The position numbers and the translations under genes are program-made. This document shows, one piece after another, positions 52,632 to 64,000 of a stretch of 64,000 nucleotides of DNA (within the stretch, counting starts at the first letter, position 1; every line of letters begins with the position of its first letter). Source of the DNA: Lama guanicoe (taxonomy: Eukaryota); contig MU053379.1 of assembly GCA_013239625.1 (NCBI GenBank), positions 5,394,714-5,458,713 on the forward strand, read 5' to 3'. The notes under the pieces are model-generated. The model did not search any database. It saw only the letters and a list, made by a program, of their open reading frames with translations, and was not told the DNA's origin.

Positions 52632-55600
52632 TTAGTTTCCACATATAAGCTATCTCATACGGTATTTTTCTTTCTCTTTCTGGCTTACTTCACGTAGAAT
52701 GACATTCTCCAGGAGCATCCATGTTGCTGCAAATGGCGTTATGTTGTCGGTTTTTATGGCCGAGTAGTATTCTACTGTATAAATATACCACTTCTTCTTT
52801 ATCCAGTCATCCATTGATGGACATTTAGGCTGTTTCCATGTCTTGACTATTGCATATAGTGCTGCTATGAACATTGGGGTGCAGGTGTCATCCTGAATAC
52901 ATCCTGGATGTATGCCCAGAAGCGGGATTCCTGGGTCATACGGTAAATCATCCAGTCATCCATTGATGGACATTTAGGCTGTTTCCATGTCTTGACTATT
53001 GCATATAGTGCTGCTATGAACATTGGGGTGCAGGTGTCATCCTGAATACATCCTGGATGTATGCCCAGAAGCGGGATTCCTGTGTCATACAGTAAGTCTA
53101 TTCCTAGTCTTTTGAGAAATCTCCATACTGTTTTCCACAGTGGCTGCACCAAACTGCATTCCCACCAGCAGTGTAGGAGGGTTCCCTTTTCTCCACACTC
53201 TCCAGCATTTGTCATTTGTGGATTTTTGAATGATGGCCATTCTGACTGGTGTGAGGTGATACCTCATTGTAGTTTTGATTTGCATTTCTCTGATAATTAG
53301 TGATATTGAGCATTTTTTACTATTGATCATTTGTATGTCTTCCTTGGAGAATTGCTTGTTTAGGTCTTTTGCCCATTTTTGGAGTGGGTTGTTTGGTTGT
53401 TTCTTATTAAGTCATATGAACTGCTTATATATTCTGGAGATCAAGACTTTGTCGGTTTCATTTGCAAAAATGTTCTCCCATTCTGTAGGTTGTCATCTTG
53501 TTTTACTTCTGGTTTCCTTTGCTGTGCAGAAGCTTGTAAGTTTCATTAGGTCCCACTTGTTTATTCTTGTTTTTATTTCTATTGCTTGAGTAGACTGTTC
53601 CTAGGAGAACATTTTTGAGATCTATGTCAGATACTGTTTGCCTATATTTCCTTCTAGGAGGTTTATTCTATCTTGTCTTATGTTTAAGTTTTTGATCCAT
53701 TCTGAGTTTATTTTTGTGTATGGTGTAAGGGAGTGTTCTAGCTTCATTGCTTTACATGCTGCTGTCCAGTTTTCCCAAAACCATTTGCCAAAGAGACTGT
53801 CTTTATTCCATTGTATATTCTTGTCTCCGTTGTGGAAGGTTAGTTGACCAAAAGTTTGTGGGTTCATTTCTGGGCTCTCTGTTCGGTTCCATTGGTCTAT
53901 ATGTCTGTTTTTTTTTTTTTTTTACCAATACCATGCTGTCTTGATGACTGTAGCTCTATAGTATTGTCTGAAGTCTGGGAGAGTTATCCCTCCAGCCTCT
54001 TTCTCTTCAGTAATTCTTTGGCAATTCTAGGTCTCTGATGGTTCCATATAAATTTTATTATGATTTGTTCTAGTTCTGTGAAATATGTCTTGGGTAATTT
54101 GACAGGGATCCCATTAAATCTGTAGATTGCCTTGGGCAGTGTGGTCATTTTTAATAATATTGGTTCTTCCAATCCAAGAGCATGGGATATCTTTCCACTT
54201 TTTAAAGTCTTCTTTAATTTCCTTCATCAATGGTTTACAGTTTTCTGTGTATAATTCTTTTACCTCCTTGGTTAGATTTATTCCTAGGTATTTTATTACT
54301 TTGGGTGCTATTTTAAAGGGGATTGTTTCTTTACTTTCTCCTTCTGTTGATTCATTGTTAATGTAAAGAAATGCAACTGATTTTTGAACGTTAATCTTGC
54401 AATCTGCTACCTTGCTGAATTCTTCGATCAGCTCTAGTAGTTTTTGTGTCGACCTTTTAGGGTTTTCTATATATAGTAACATGTCATCGGTATATAGCGA
54501 AACTTTTACCTCTTCTTTTCCAATTTGGATCCCTTTTATTTCTCTCTCTTGCCTGATTGCTGTGGCTAGGACTTCCAAGACTATGTTGAATAGAAGTGGT
54601 GATAGTGGGCAGCCTTGTCTTGTCCCAGATTTTAGTGGGAAGCTTTTGAGTTTTTCACCATTGAATACTATGCTGGCTGTAGGTTTGTCATATATAGCTT
54701 TTATTATGTTGAGATATGTTCCCTCTATACCCACTTTGGTGAGAGCTTTTATCATAAATGGGTGTTGAATTTTATCAAATGCTTTTTCTGCATCTATTGA
54801 GATGATCATGTGGTTTTTGTCCTTTCTCTTGTTGATGTGATGTATTGCATTGATTGATTTGCGTATGTTGAACCACCCTTGTGTCCCTGGGATGAACCAC
54901 ACTTGGTAATGATGTATAATCTTTTTTATGTGTTGTTGGATTCTATTTGCTAAAATTTTGGTGACAATTTTGGCGTCTATGTTCATCAGTGATATTGACC
55001 TTTAATTCTCTTTTTTGGTAGTGTCTTTGCCTGGTTTTGGTATCAGGGTGATGGTGGCTTCATAGAATGAGTTTGGGAGTATTCCCTCCTTTTCAATCGT
55101 CTGGAAGAGTTTGAGAAGAACTGGTATGAGTTCTTCTTTGAATGTTTGGTAGAATTCCCCGGTCAAGCTGTCCAGTCCTGGACTTTTATTTGTAGGGAGG
55201 TTTTTTATTGCTATTTCAACTTCATTTCTAGTGATCGGTTTGTTCAAGTGGTCAGTTGCTTCTTGATTGAGTCTTGGTGGACAGTATGTTTCCAGAAGCT
55301 TGTCCATCTCCTCTGGGTTATCCAGTTTGGTTCCATATAGTTTTTCATAATATCCTCGTATGATATTCTGTATTTCTATTTTATTTGTTGTGATTTCTCC
55401 ATTTTCCTTTCTTATTTTGCTACTTTGTGCTCTCTCCTTTTTCTTCTTTGTGAGTTTGGCCAGAGGCTTGTCGACTTTACTTACTCTTTCAAAAAACCAG
55501 CTTTTGGGTTGATTGATTTTTTTCTATGGCCTTTTAAATCTCTATTTTATTTATTTCCTCCCTAATCTTTATAATTTCCTTCCTTCTGCTGCCTTTTGGG

Positions 55601-56578
55601 GTTTTTTGGTCTTCTTTTTCTAGTTCTCTCAGCTGGTGGGTTAAATTGTTTATTTGAGACTGTTCTTTTTTGAGGAAGGCCCGTATCGCTATAAACTTCC
55701 CTCTTAGCACTGCTTTTGCTGTGTCCCATAAATTTTGTGCGGTTGTGCTGTCATTGTCATTTGTCTCAAGGTATTTTTTAATTTCAGCTTTGATTTCCTC
55801 ATTGACCCATTGGTTATTTAATGGCATATTGTTTAATCTCCATGTTTTCCTTTTTTTCTCCTTTGTTTTTCTGTTGTTGATTTCTAGTTTCATAGCATTG
55901 TGGTTAATAAAGATGCTTGAGATAATTTCTATCTTCTTAAAATTGTTGACATTTCTTTTGTGCCCAAGTACATGATCAATCCTAGAAAATGTTCCATGTG
56001 CACTTGAAAAGAATGTATATCCTATTCTTGGGGGGTGTAATGCTCTGAAAATATCCACCAAATCTAACTTTTCTACTGTATTATTTTTCTGTTGCCTTAT
56101 TTATTTTGTGTCTGGAAGATCTGTCTAGTGATGTTAATGTGGTGTTGAAATCTCCAACTATGATTGTATTCCCATCAATATTCCCCTTTATCTCTGTTAG
56201 TAATTTTTTTATGTACTTAGGTGCTCCTATATTGGGTGCATATATATTAACAAGTGTTAATATCCTCATCTTGTATCACTCCTACTCCTTTAATTAAAAT
56301 GTCCTTTATCTTTCTCTATGGCCTTTGTTTTAAAGTCTATTTTGTCTGAAATCAGTACTAGAACACCTGCTTTTTTGGCTTTTCCATTTGCATGGAATAT
56401 CCTTTTCCATCTTTTCACTCTCAATCTATATGTGTCCTTCTCCCTGAAGTGGGTCTCTTGTACGCAGCATATTGAAGGTTCTTTCTTTATTATCCAGTCT
56501 GCCACTCTGTCTTTTGACTGGGGCATTTAGTCCATTAACATTTACAGTAATTAATGATAGATGAGTGTTTATTGCCAT
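52632..56578 (-). pseudogene. L1 ORF2 (endonuclease-RT-C domain), multiple frameshifts
   Basis: ATG at 56578; IVGDFNT endonuclease motif, [10 protein letters not shown] and YTDD RT motifs, HCWWEC C-domain; broken into several ORFs. Confidence 0.95.
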
Positions 56579-56947
56579 TTTGAACTTATCTTTGCAGTTG
56601 ATTTGGTATTTCCTCTTTGTTCCTTTCTTCTTCCTTTTGTGGTTTGGTAATTTTCCTTTGTATTATCATGGGTTTTATTTAGTTTTTGTGACTCCCTTGT
56701 AAGTTTTTAGCTTGTGGTTACTCTTTTCTGTAAGTCTATCAGCCCATTACTATATCTCGAACGCATCCTATTGAAAAAAAAATTTTAAAAAGAAAAAAAA
56801 CCCCATATTTTCTTGCTTCCCTCTCCCACTCTTAATGACTTAAATGTCTTCTTTCACAGTTTCATGTTTACTTTATTTGTAATTCATGAGTTATCACCTT
56901 TCCAGTTATCAGTTTCTCATTTCTGCAGCATCCTGCTTCTTTTCTAT

Positions 56948-57894
56948 TTAGAGTAGACCTTTCGATGTTTCTTTTAGCATGGGTTTAGGGTTGCTAAACT
57001 GTTTTAGTTTTTGTTTGTCTGTGAAATTCTTTATCTCTCCTTCTATCCTAAAGGATAGCCTTGCTGGATAGAGTATCCAAGGCTGCATCTTTTTTTCATT
57101 CAGGACTTTGAATATATCTTGCCACTTCCTTCTGGCCTGTAGTGTTTTGTGTAGAAAAATCAGCTGAGAGCCTTATGGGGGTTCCCTTGTAACTCACTTT
57201 GTTTTTCTCTTGCTGCCTTTAGGATCATTTCTTTATCCTTGACTCTGGCCATCTTGATTATGATATGTCTTGGTGTGGGTCTGTTTGGGTTCTTCCTGTT
57301 TGGGACCCTCTGAGCNNNNNNNNNNNNNNNNNNNNNNNNNNNNNNNNNNNNNNNNNNNNNNNNNNNNNNNNNNNNNNNNNNNGATATCTGATCTTTAAGT
57401 TTGGGAAGTTTTCAGTCATGATTTCTTCAAAAACCTTTTCAATCCCCTTTGTTCTTTCTTCCCCTTCTGGGACCCCTATTATGCAAAGATTGGCACGCTT
57501 TACTTTATCCCATAGGTCCCTTATGTTTCTTTCATTTGTTTTTGTTTATCTTGCAGTTGTCTGATGGGGTGCTTTCTGTTGTCCTGTCTTCTAGGTCACT
57601 AATTCGTTCCTCTGCATTATCTAGTCTGCTTTGCACAGCCTTTAGATCCATTCTCACCTCAGCAAATGAGTTTACCAATTCTACTTGGCTCTTCTTTATA
57701 GTTTCCATTTCACTTTTGATGTATTTTATATCTCTAAACATTGTCTCTTTTAGTTCCTTCAATACTTTGATCACTCCTTTTTTGAAATCTTGATCTAGTA
57801 GGCTATCGATGTCTATTTCATTGATCGTTCTTTCAGGGGATTTCTCTTGTTCTTTTAACTGGGAGTGGTTCCTCTGCTTCTTCATCTTGCTCAT
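56948..57894 (-). pseudogene. L1 ORF1 (disrupted; spans the N gap)
   Basis: MSKMKKQRNHSQLKEQEKSPE, coiled coil, C-terminus ...KGLL*; frameshifted. Confidence 0.9.
57316..57382. other. Assembly gap (67 N)
   Basis: Direct reading. Confidence 1.
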
Positions 57895-58779
57895 CTCTCT
57901 CTGGCCTTGTGGCTTATGGAGTATCAGTTATCTATTGTGGTCCTTAAAAGAGTTTATTTATTTATCTAATGCCTATGTAGGAATAAAACTTAAAAAATAA
58001 AAAAAGGAGAGAGAGAGAAAGAGAATTTTAAAAGAACGGAGGAAAAAAGGTTTGAAAACAGTGTATAACCAATTATAGAAGCACAATTTGAATCAGACTA
58101 GCATTCATCTTGAGATGTCTTTTTTAAAAAACCCTTAAACAAAAAAAAAAAGGAAAAAAGATCCAAAAATGATATTTGAAACCTATTTATAATCAATAAC
58201 AGGAGACCAAAACCAAAAGAAATGAAAATGAAATCAGGTGGATTTAAAACAAATAATAATAACTACTTTAAGAGAAAAATTTAAAAGGAATTAAAACTAG
58301 AAGCATATACAATTGTTTAGAAAGAAAAATTTAAAAAGGAATTAAAATTAGAAACATATACAATTGTTTAGAAAGTAGAAATTAAAAAGGTAATAAAAAT
58401 AGAACAGATAAAAAAAGATATGATAAAGAGCGAATTTTGAAAAAGGGGAGGAAAAAAGGTTTGAAAACAGTGGATAATGAATAATTGAAGAGTAAGTCAA
58501 AGCAGAATAGCAATCGGGCTGAGACATTTCTTAAAAAGCTTTAAAATAAAAGAGGAAAAAATATATTTGAAACCTGTGTATAAACAATAACACGAGATCA
58601 AAACCAAGAGAAATAAAAATGATGACGTGAATTTTTAAAAATAATATTATTTTAAAAGAAAAATTTAAAAGGGATTAAAACTGGGAGGATACATAATTGT
58701 CGAAAAAGTAAAAATTAAAAAGGTAATAGAAAACACAACAGGCAAAAACAAATTCAAAAAAAAAAAAAGGGGGGGGGGG

Positions 58780-59911
58780 GTTCTCCTGGAGACTGTGCTC
58801 TTAATGATAAGTCTTTCTGTCTTCTCCCTGTTTGGTGAGCTCGGCTTGCTGTCTCCAGAGGTCCTCCTTTGGTGCCCTCGTCTGTGCTGCTCCCAGTGCC
58901 TGTTGGCAAGCAAATCGTGCCCCCTCCCAGCACAGCGTTCCTGCCGGAAAGGCTAGGGTCCACACGCCGTCTCCCGGCGCTGGTCGCTCTGCAGCTCTGT
59001 GCCGCCTTGCGCTCTGCCCCAGGTTGGCGCTCCACAGGCGGGCCCCGAAAAGACCGCAGAACAGCTCTGCCCCTGCTCCGTGCCCAAACTCAGCTCCTTG
59101 TTTGTTCTGGCGGCGCGAACTTTCCGAGGCACCAGGGCGGAAGGATCCTGACTTGGGCTGCAAACAAGTCACTGGCCTTTGACGGTGCCGAACCCCCAGG
59201 CATGGATTCAGGTTTCGCCCCCGCCCCCACCTGGGTGCCAAGCGCCGGAGGATATGGCAGCTGCACCTGAGCCCTGCCTTACCTCGCTGAAAACCTTCTG
59301 TGGGTTTTCAGAGATGGGGGTATGCACACTTCCCCTTCCCCCCAGGGCACATCAGCCGTGGTGTTTTATGGAGGGCCCAGGTTGTTCTGTCCTGTGCACC
59401 CACTTATCCACATTGTGCAGCACCCTGCAGTCCCCCGGGGCTGCCTCAGTGCAGCTGTCCCCATCCTCCACCCGGCTCAGGCAGCCTGTCCCAGCCCCCA
59501 GCTCCCGGCTCAGGTCGCAGGCTGGGTGTTGCAGGGACCCTCTGTGCCCATTTAACTTAGTTCTGTCAGTCTGCTCCACAGTCTGCTCAGATCCGAGCCT
59601 CGGAGACTCCCCCTCTGTCCTGCTGGCCTCTCTGTTGGAGAGGGGGAGACCTAGCGAATGAGCGCCAGTCCTCCTTTGCTGCTCCCTCCCCACGGGACCA
59701 GTCCTGCACTGTTTTGCCTTTCTGTCTTCCTTTCTTCCTTTCTCCTACCAGATTTTTGGCGTCTTTGTTCTGTCGGAGAGGACAATGTTCTGTCGGAGTT
59801 CCGCAGGTGCTCTGGTTGGCTGAGTGGGTCCACGGATGTGAGTCTTGGTGTATCTGTGGGAGAGCGTGAGCTACGTGCATCCTACTACTCTGCCATCTTG
59901 GCCTCGTCCCC
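58780..59911 (-). promoter_or_regulatory. CpG-rich L1 5'UTR internal promoter
   Basis: GC/CpG-rich relative to the rest of the window; begins with a ccaagatggc YY1-like motif. Confidence 0.65.
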
Positions 59912-59925
59912 ATTTTACTTTTCTT

Positions 59926-60110
59926 AAAAGCACCTTTCATTACCTTAAAGTTTGCTTATGTATGTAAGTCAAAATTTATCTGCTCATACATTTACTGTGT
60001 ATATTCCTCAATGTAAGTACCACAAGGCTGGTGACTTGGTTTGTCTTGTCACCACTGTGTCATCTCAGCACTAAGAAAAATGGCAAAAACCAGGCACTCA
60101 ATACATATTA
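59926..60110 (+). repeat. L2 3' end (continuous with 52205-52241 before the L1 insertion)
   Basis: attaccctgttttacttttctt|aaaagcacc...ggcactcaatacatatt. Confidence 0.7.
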
Positions 60111-60249
60111 AGAGGCAAGAAGGAGCAGAAAGGACTCTAAGATATGTGAATATATGGAGGCAAACAACTGCGTCACATCACTCTACAGAGGGACAACCAT
60201 AAAATTAAACTGGCATAAATTAAACACATAAATAAATTTAGGAACACCC

Positions 60250-61225
60250 CCCCCCAGAAGGTTGCATGGTATAATGCAGAGATCGCCAATTTCAGATTCC
60301 AGATTAGAATCATCTGTAGGGCTTTGCAAAATCCCAGTTCCAGGCCACACTAAATCAATGAAATCAGAATCTCTTGAGAATGCGAGCCAAGGATCTATCA
60401 TTAAAGTTCCCCAGGTGATCCAACCATGCAGCAGAGGTTGAGAATCACTAAGGAAATGAAACCCAGACTTCGGAGCTGTACATACTTGGGTGTACATCTT
60501 GGGCAAATTACTTAACCTCCCTAAGCCCCAAAGTTCTTATCTGCAAAATGGGAATAATAAACACCTCCTAGAGTTGTTGTTAAGATTGAGATTACACATA
60601 AAGTTCTCAGTAAATGTTAATTCCTCCCAGGGAAAACCTCATGAAATCTTCATTGCTCAGTAATAAATGCTGATTCAGTCCTCAATTCATATCTTTCTTT
60701 GTTACTTGATTATTAAATTGAACATCTGCAATGGAGGAGTTTAGAAACAGTAATTTTTTCACTCTCCTAACAAGATAGTGCCTAAAGCTGTATCTATTTC
60801 AAATCTAGGAATAACTAAACTGTGAAGGGAAATCTAGCTGATTATTTATACCAGTGATTCTCAAACGTGACTGCAGGTTAATCACCTAAGAACCTTTTTC
60901 AAAAATACCATTATTAAATGTCCAGACCTTGCCCAAACCACTTGAATCAGAATCCCTGGGGTGAATCCAGGGCATCAGTAATTTTTAAAAATCCAAATGA
61001 ACAGTGATTTTAAAAAACAGGGCTGAATAGCACTGATTTGCACTAATGATATCCTATGCTAAGTGTACATCCAAGGCATTCTGGGAGCTCTTAAAAAATA
61101 GATTGAATCCAGAACCCCATCATGACTTACTGAGAATCTGTGGAGGTGAAGCCTATCATTTTGCAAAGCTTCACGAAACTCTCCAGATTATCCTGACGCA
61201 AACCCACTGGGAACCACTACTTTAT
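60250..61225. repeat. MER5-type hAT-Charlie MITEs and MIR
   Basis: ccccaggtgatcc..atgcagc..aggttgagaatcact; cagtgattctcaaac; MIR gggcaaattacttaacctc. Confidence 0.7.
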
Positions 61226-61799
61226 ACCATGCATTTACTCTCCCTGTTGTCTACCAGAAAACATCGTCTAGAACTTTCACTGGCCTCCCATGCCAAGCCT
61301 GACCAGTTGCTTTTAATCACTAATGGAAGCAACACATCACAGTAAGTTTCAATTTTACAGATCAATGGTGATCATGTTCACGTGCAGCCCCTTGACCCAC
61401 ATCATTTACCATACACTGTGCCCAGAACTGGCTATGTGGTCCATTGGCCTTTCCAACCAAATCCCTCTAACAGGCTGCCTGGGAAGGGCAAAACGGACGC
61501 ATATTACTCTCCAAGGCTCATTTCCCTTTAAGCCATACTCCAATCCCAGGACAAGTTAAATGAACATCACTGGTCAGATGAAACTGAATGAAATTCAAGT
61601 TGTTTTCTGGACCTAGAAGCACTGGTAGGTTTGCTTCCATCAGAGAGCTAATAAAATCAGAGGAAACAGAGATAATGCCTGAGTTAGAAGCACGTCGAAA
61701 CTCCACCTAGACTCCGCAGTAGGACCCACAGAAAATGATTTTAGGGGAGTCAATCAGTACACATATCACCATGGCTGCAGTACCAGGCAGTTGACAAGA

Positions 61800-62270
61800 G
61801 CAGCATTTAAACAACCAGGCACAAATTTAGGCTTATTAAGTACATTAACTCATGTGATCTTCGTAAGAACCCTATCATGCAGGTACTGTTATTCCTATTT
61901 CATGGATAAAGAAACAAAGGCACATGGAGGATAAATAATTTACCCAAGGACATGTAGCTAGTAGGTGGCAGTTTCTGAACCCAGGCAATTTGCTCCAGTC
62001 CATTATCTTATTTACTCTACTACAATGTAGATGATTAATGGTCAACATCTTAAAAAAAAAAAGTTGATGTCTGCAGGAGAAACTGGAGATCAGACTCTGT
62101 ACCTTGGGCAAGTTACTTAAGCCCTCTGAGCCTATTTTTGCATCTGAAAAATAGACATAACAATAGTACCTGACTCACTGCGTTGAGGTGACAATTAAAC
62201 GAGATTATGCATGTGATGTATTTACAACAGTGCCTGGCACTTTGAAGACCTGTCAGATGTTATTTGCATC
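61800..62270. repeat. Two MIR elements in opposite orientation
   Basis: MIR cores (cccaaggacatgtagctagtaggtggcag; ccttgggcaagttacttaa). Confidence 0.8.
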
Positions 62271-62879
62271 ATACTACAGCCCGAAGTGGTCAGGGAGAAA
62301 TAACAGTCCATGAAACTGCAACTCTCCCCTGACTACCTCATATCTGTAGATCCTGTAGATTCCCATTTCATCAGATCCAATATGAGCTGCAGGAATAAAA
62401 GATAAACGAAACTTAAGAACTGCCACTGTGACAAACCCCCAGCCGATCCAGTCCAAGACTAGGAGTCAGTATGAAAATGGAAAGCTCTGTTTGCTATGGT
62501 TGCTACAGTTTGGCACTTTTTAGCACACATACTCAATTATGAAGCTGTATAAATGTAACCACACCAGGAGCCAGACCTCCAAGTAGCTGCAAACTGCGGT
62601 GGACTTTGGTTTGACTGGAAAACATGTCACAGGAGACAATACTGTCCGGTGGTAAAGGTCAGCCTTCCCCAGGCACATTTGTAAAAACAAAAGAGAAACA
62701 AAATGAGAATTCAAAAACAGGTAACATCCATTACGTGCTTGCTATTGTGTTAAATGTTTCTATGTATTACCTCATCTACTAAACTTCACAACAATCTTCC
62801 AAGCCTGAACTTCCCCACTGGAAACCACAACCCCACTGGGATGATCTCATTTTACGTTCACGACTCCACATCTCAAACG

Positions 62880-64000
62880 GGCACTCAGCACTGCCTAGCA
62901 AACCAACTCCATTTCCCTAGTGAGTTCACTTTCCCACTCTTCAGAGGGACCCTTACATGTGTTTCCTCCCTGTTCTAACAGATCTCTTCCCTGCTCCCCT
63001 GCTGCCCTAACTCTCAGCCAGTGACCACCTTCACAGACAGATGGGGCCTCTTCCACCCACCTGCACCTGCACCCGTTTTTTTCGGCTTCCCCTCTAGTCA
63101 CAATGCAGTATCATTTCCTGCCCATTTTAAAGCCAACTACTCACCTGCTCTGGAGTTTCCTCCCCTCAGTTATTCAAATATTTCTCCCTTTCTATGAGTT
63201 CAATCCCACTGGCATATAAGCATATTCTGAATTTCTCTTGTCTTAAAAACAAAATTCCACTTGACCTTAAGGCCCCATCTATTGCACTAAAGTTGTTCTT
63301 GTTAAAATGATTAAAATCCTCCTAATTGCCAAACCATCTTGCACGGTAGCACTCACCATGGCTGACCACCAGCTCCCTCTCTTTTTACCTTCCCTTTCTC
63401 TTTTCTCTGTCTACTTTCCACCTAGGTAGTTTCACCCAGTCCCTTAGTTTAAATACCACCTATATGGTGACCACTCCAAAGGCCAGTTCTAGCCCTAACA
63501 CCCTCCAGGACTTCAGCTTCAAATTTCCAATGGCCTGTTTGATGTCTCAACTTAAAAATCTACTAGGTGACTTATGTACATTTTACCACTAAATAAATAA
63601 ATAAATCCACCAAGCGATTGACAGATGGAGAGAGGGATTGAGAGATGCATAGATCTGTGAAAAAACCAGTGCAACTAAATATTAATGGTAGGGTCTAGGT
63701 GGTGGGTGTATGGAGTTCCCTATAAAATTCTTTCTAACTATATTGTTCATGTGTTGCATCTTGGAAAAAACCTACTAGGCATCTCAAACCTAAGATACCC
63801 AAGACATAATTCTCGACTCCACCTATTCCAAAAATGAAACCTAACTCACCTACAGTTTTCCCCATCTCATTAAACAGCAAGGCAAAACCCCAGAACTCAG
63901 CCTTGACTGGCTCTCTCCCACCTGGAATGTAAGTCCCTGAAGGAGGGACCTTGCCTATCTTGTTCGTAGGTATTTTCAGCTTCTAGAACAGTCCTGGTAC
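62880..64000 (+). repeat. L2 interrupted by an old TSD-flanked L1-derived insert (63568-63765)
   Basis: L2 motifs (aaataccacctatatg..gac..ctccaaa; catctcaaacctaa). TSD aaaaa(t/c)ctactagg at 63554-63567 and 63766-63779. Confidence 0.7.

Larger units (their letters stand above)
52242..59911 (-). mobile_element. Near-full-length young L1 (~7.7 kb), inactive, with 3' transduction
   Basis: 5' end ggggacgaggccaagatggc (YY1-like), ORF1, ORF2, 3'UTR and polyA. Exact 13-bp TSD ttttacttttctt at 52229-52241 and 59913-59925. Inserted into an L2. Confidence 0.97.

Noticed and set aside
54114..54986. 290-aa reverse transcriptase ORF as a novel RT system
   Set aside because: It is a fragment of a frameshifted L1 ORF2.
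58801..59940. Overlapping 110-160 aa ORFs (possible ORF0-like product)
   Set aside because: They lie in the GC-rich L1 5'UTR, where long ORFs occur on both strands by chance; many use non-ATG starts and I recognise no protein.
1..64000. CRISPR array, operon or other prokaryotic/viral defence system
   Set aside because: There is no regular repeat-spacer structure; this is repeat-rich mammalian intronic/intergenic DNA.

Overview
Mammalian genomic DNA, most likely camelid, judging by a Vic-1-type tRNA-derived SINE and a young L1 family. The only protein-coding gene I can support is the 5' part of PTPN20 (non-receptor tyrosine phosphatase 20) on the minus strand. Six GT-AG exons (41146->13036; 34+122+101+110+149+91 nt) join with consistent phases into 202 codons ending in PTP motif 1 (KNRYQDILP). 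The catalytic exons lie beyond the left edge. Most of the rest is interspersed repeat: old and young L1, L2, MIR, ERVL/MLT2, MLT1 (MaLR), Tigger and MER5, plus a near-full-length 7.7-kb young L1 at 52.2-59.9 kb. The best leads are: (1) a decayed PDZ-domain exon 1.4 kb upstream of the ATG exon, with a fully open in-frame 5' part of that exon, which would fit fossils of the ancestral FRMPD2-PTPN20 (PTPN13-like) gene; (2) a local rearrangement reconstructable from split L1/MLT1 pieces; (3) a 1-kb orphan 3'UTR retrocopy; (4) several L1 insertion signatures (3' transduction, twin priming, ultra-short insertion). No CRISPR or other prokaryotic-type system is present. Repeat family names and human comparisons are recalled from memory, not searched, and old-repeat boundaries are approximate.
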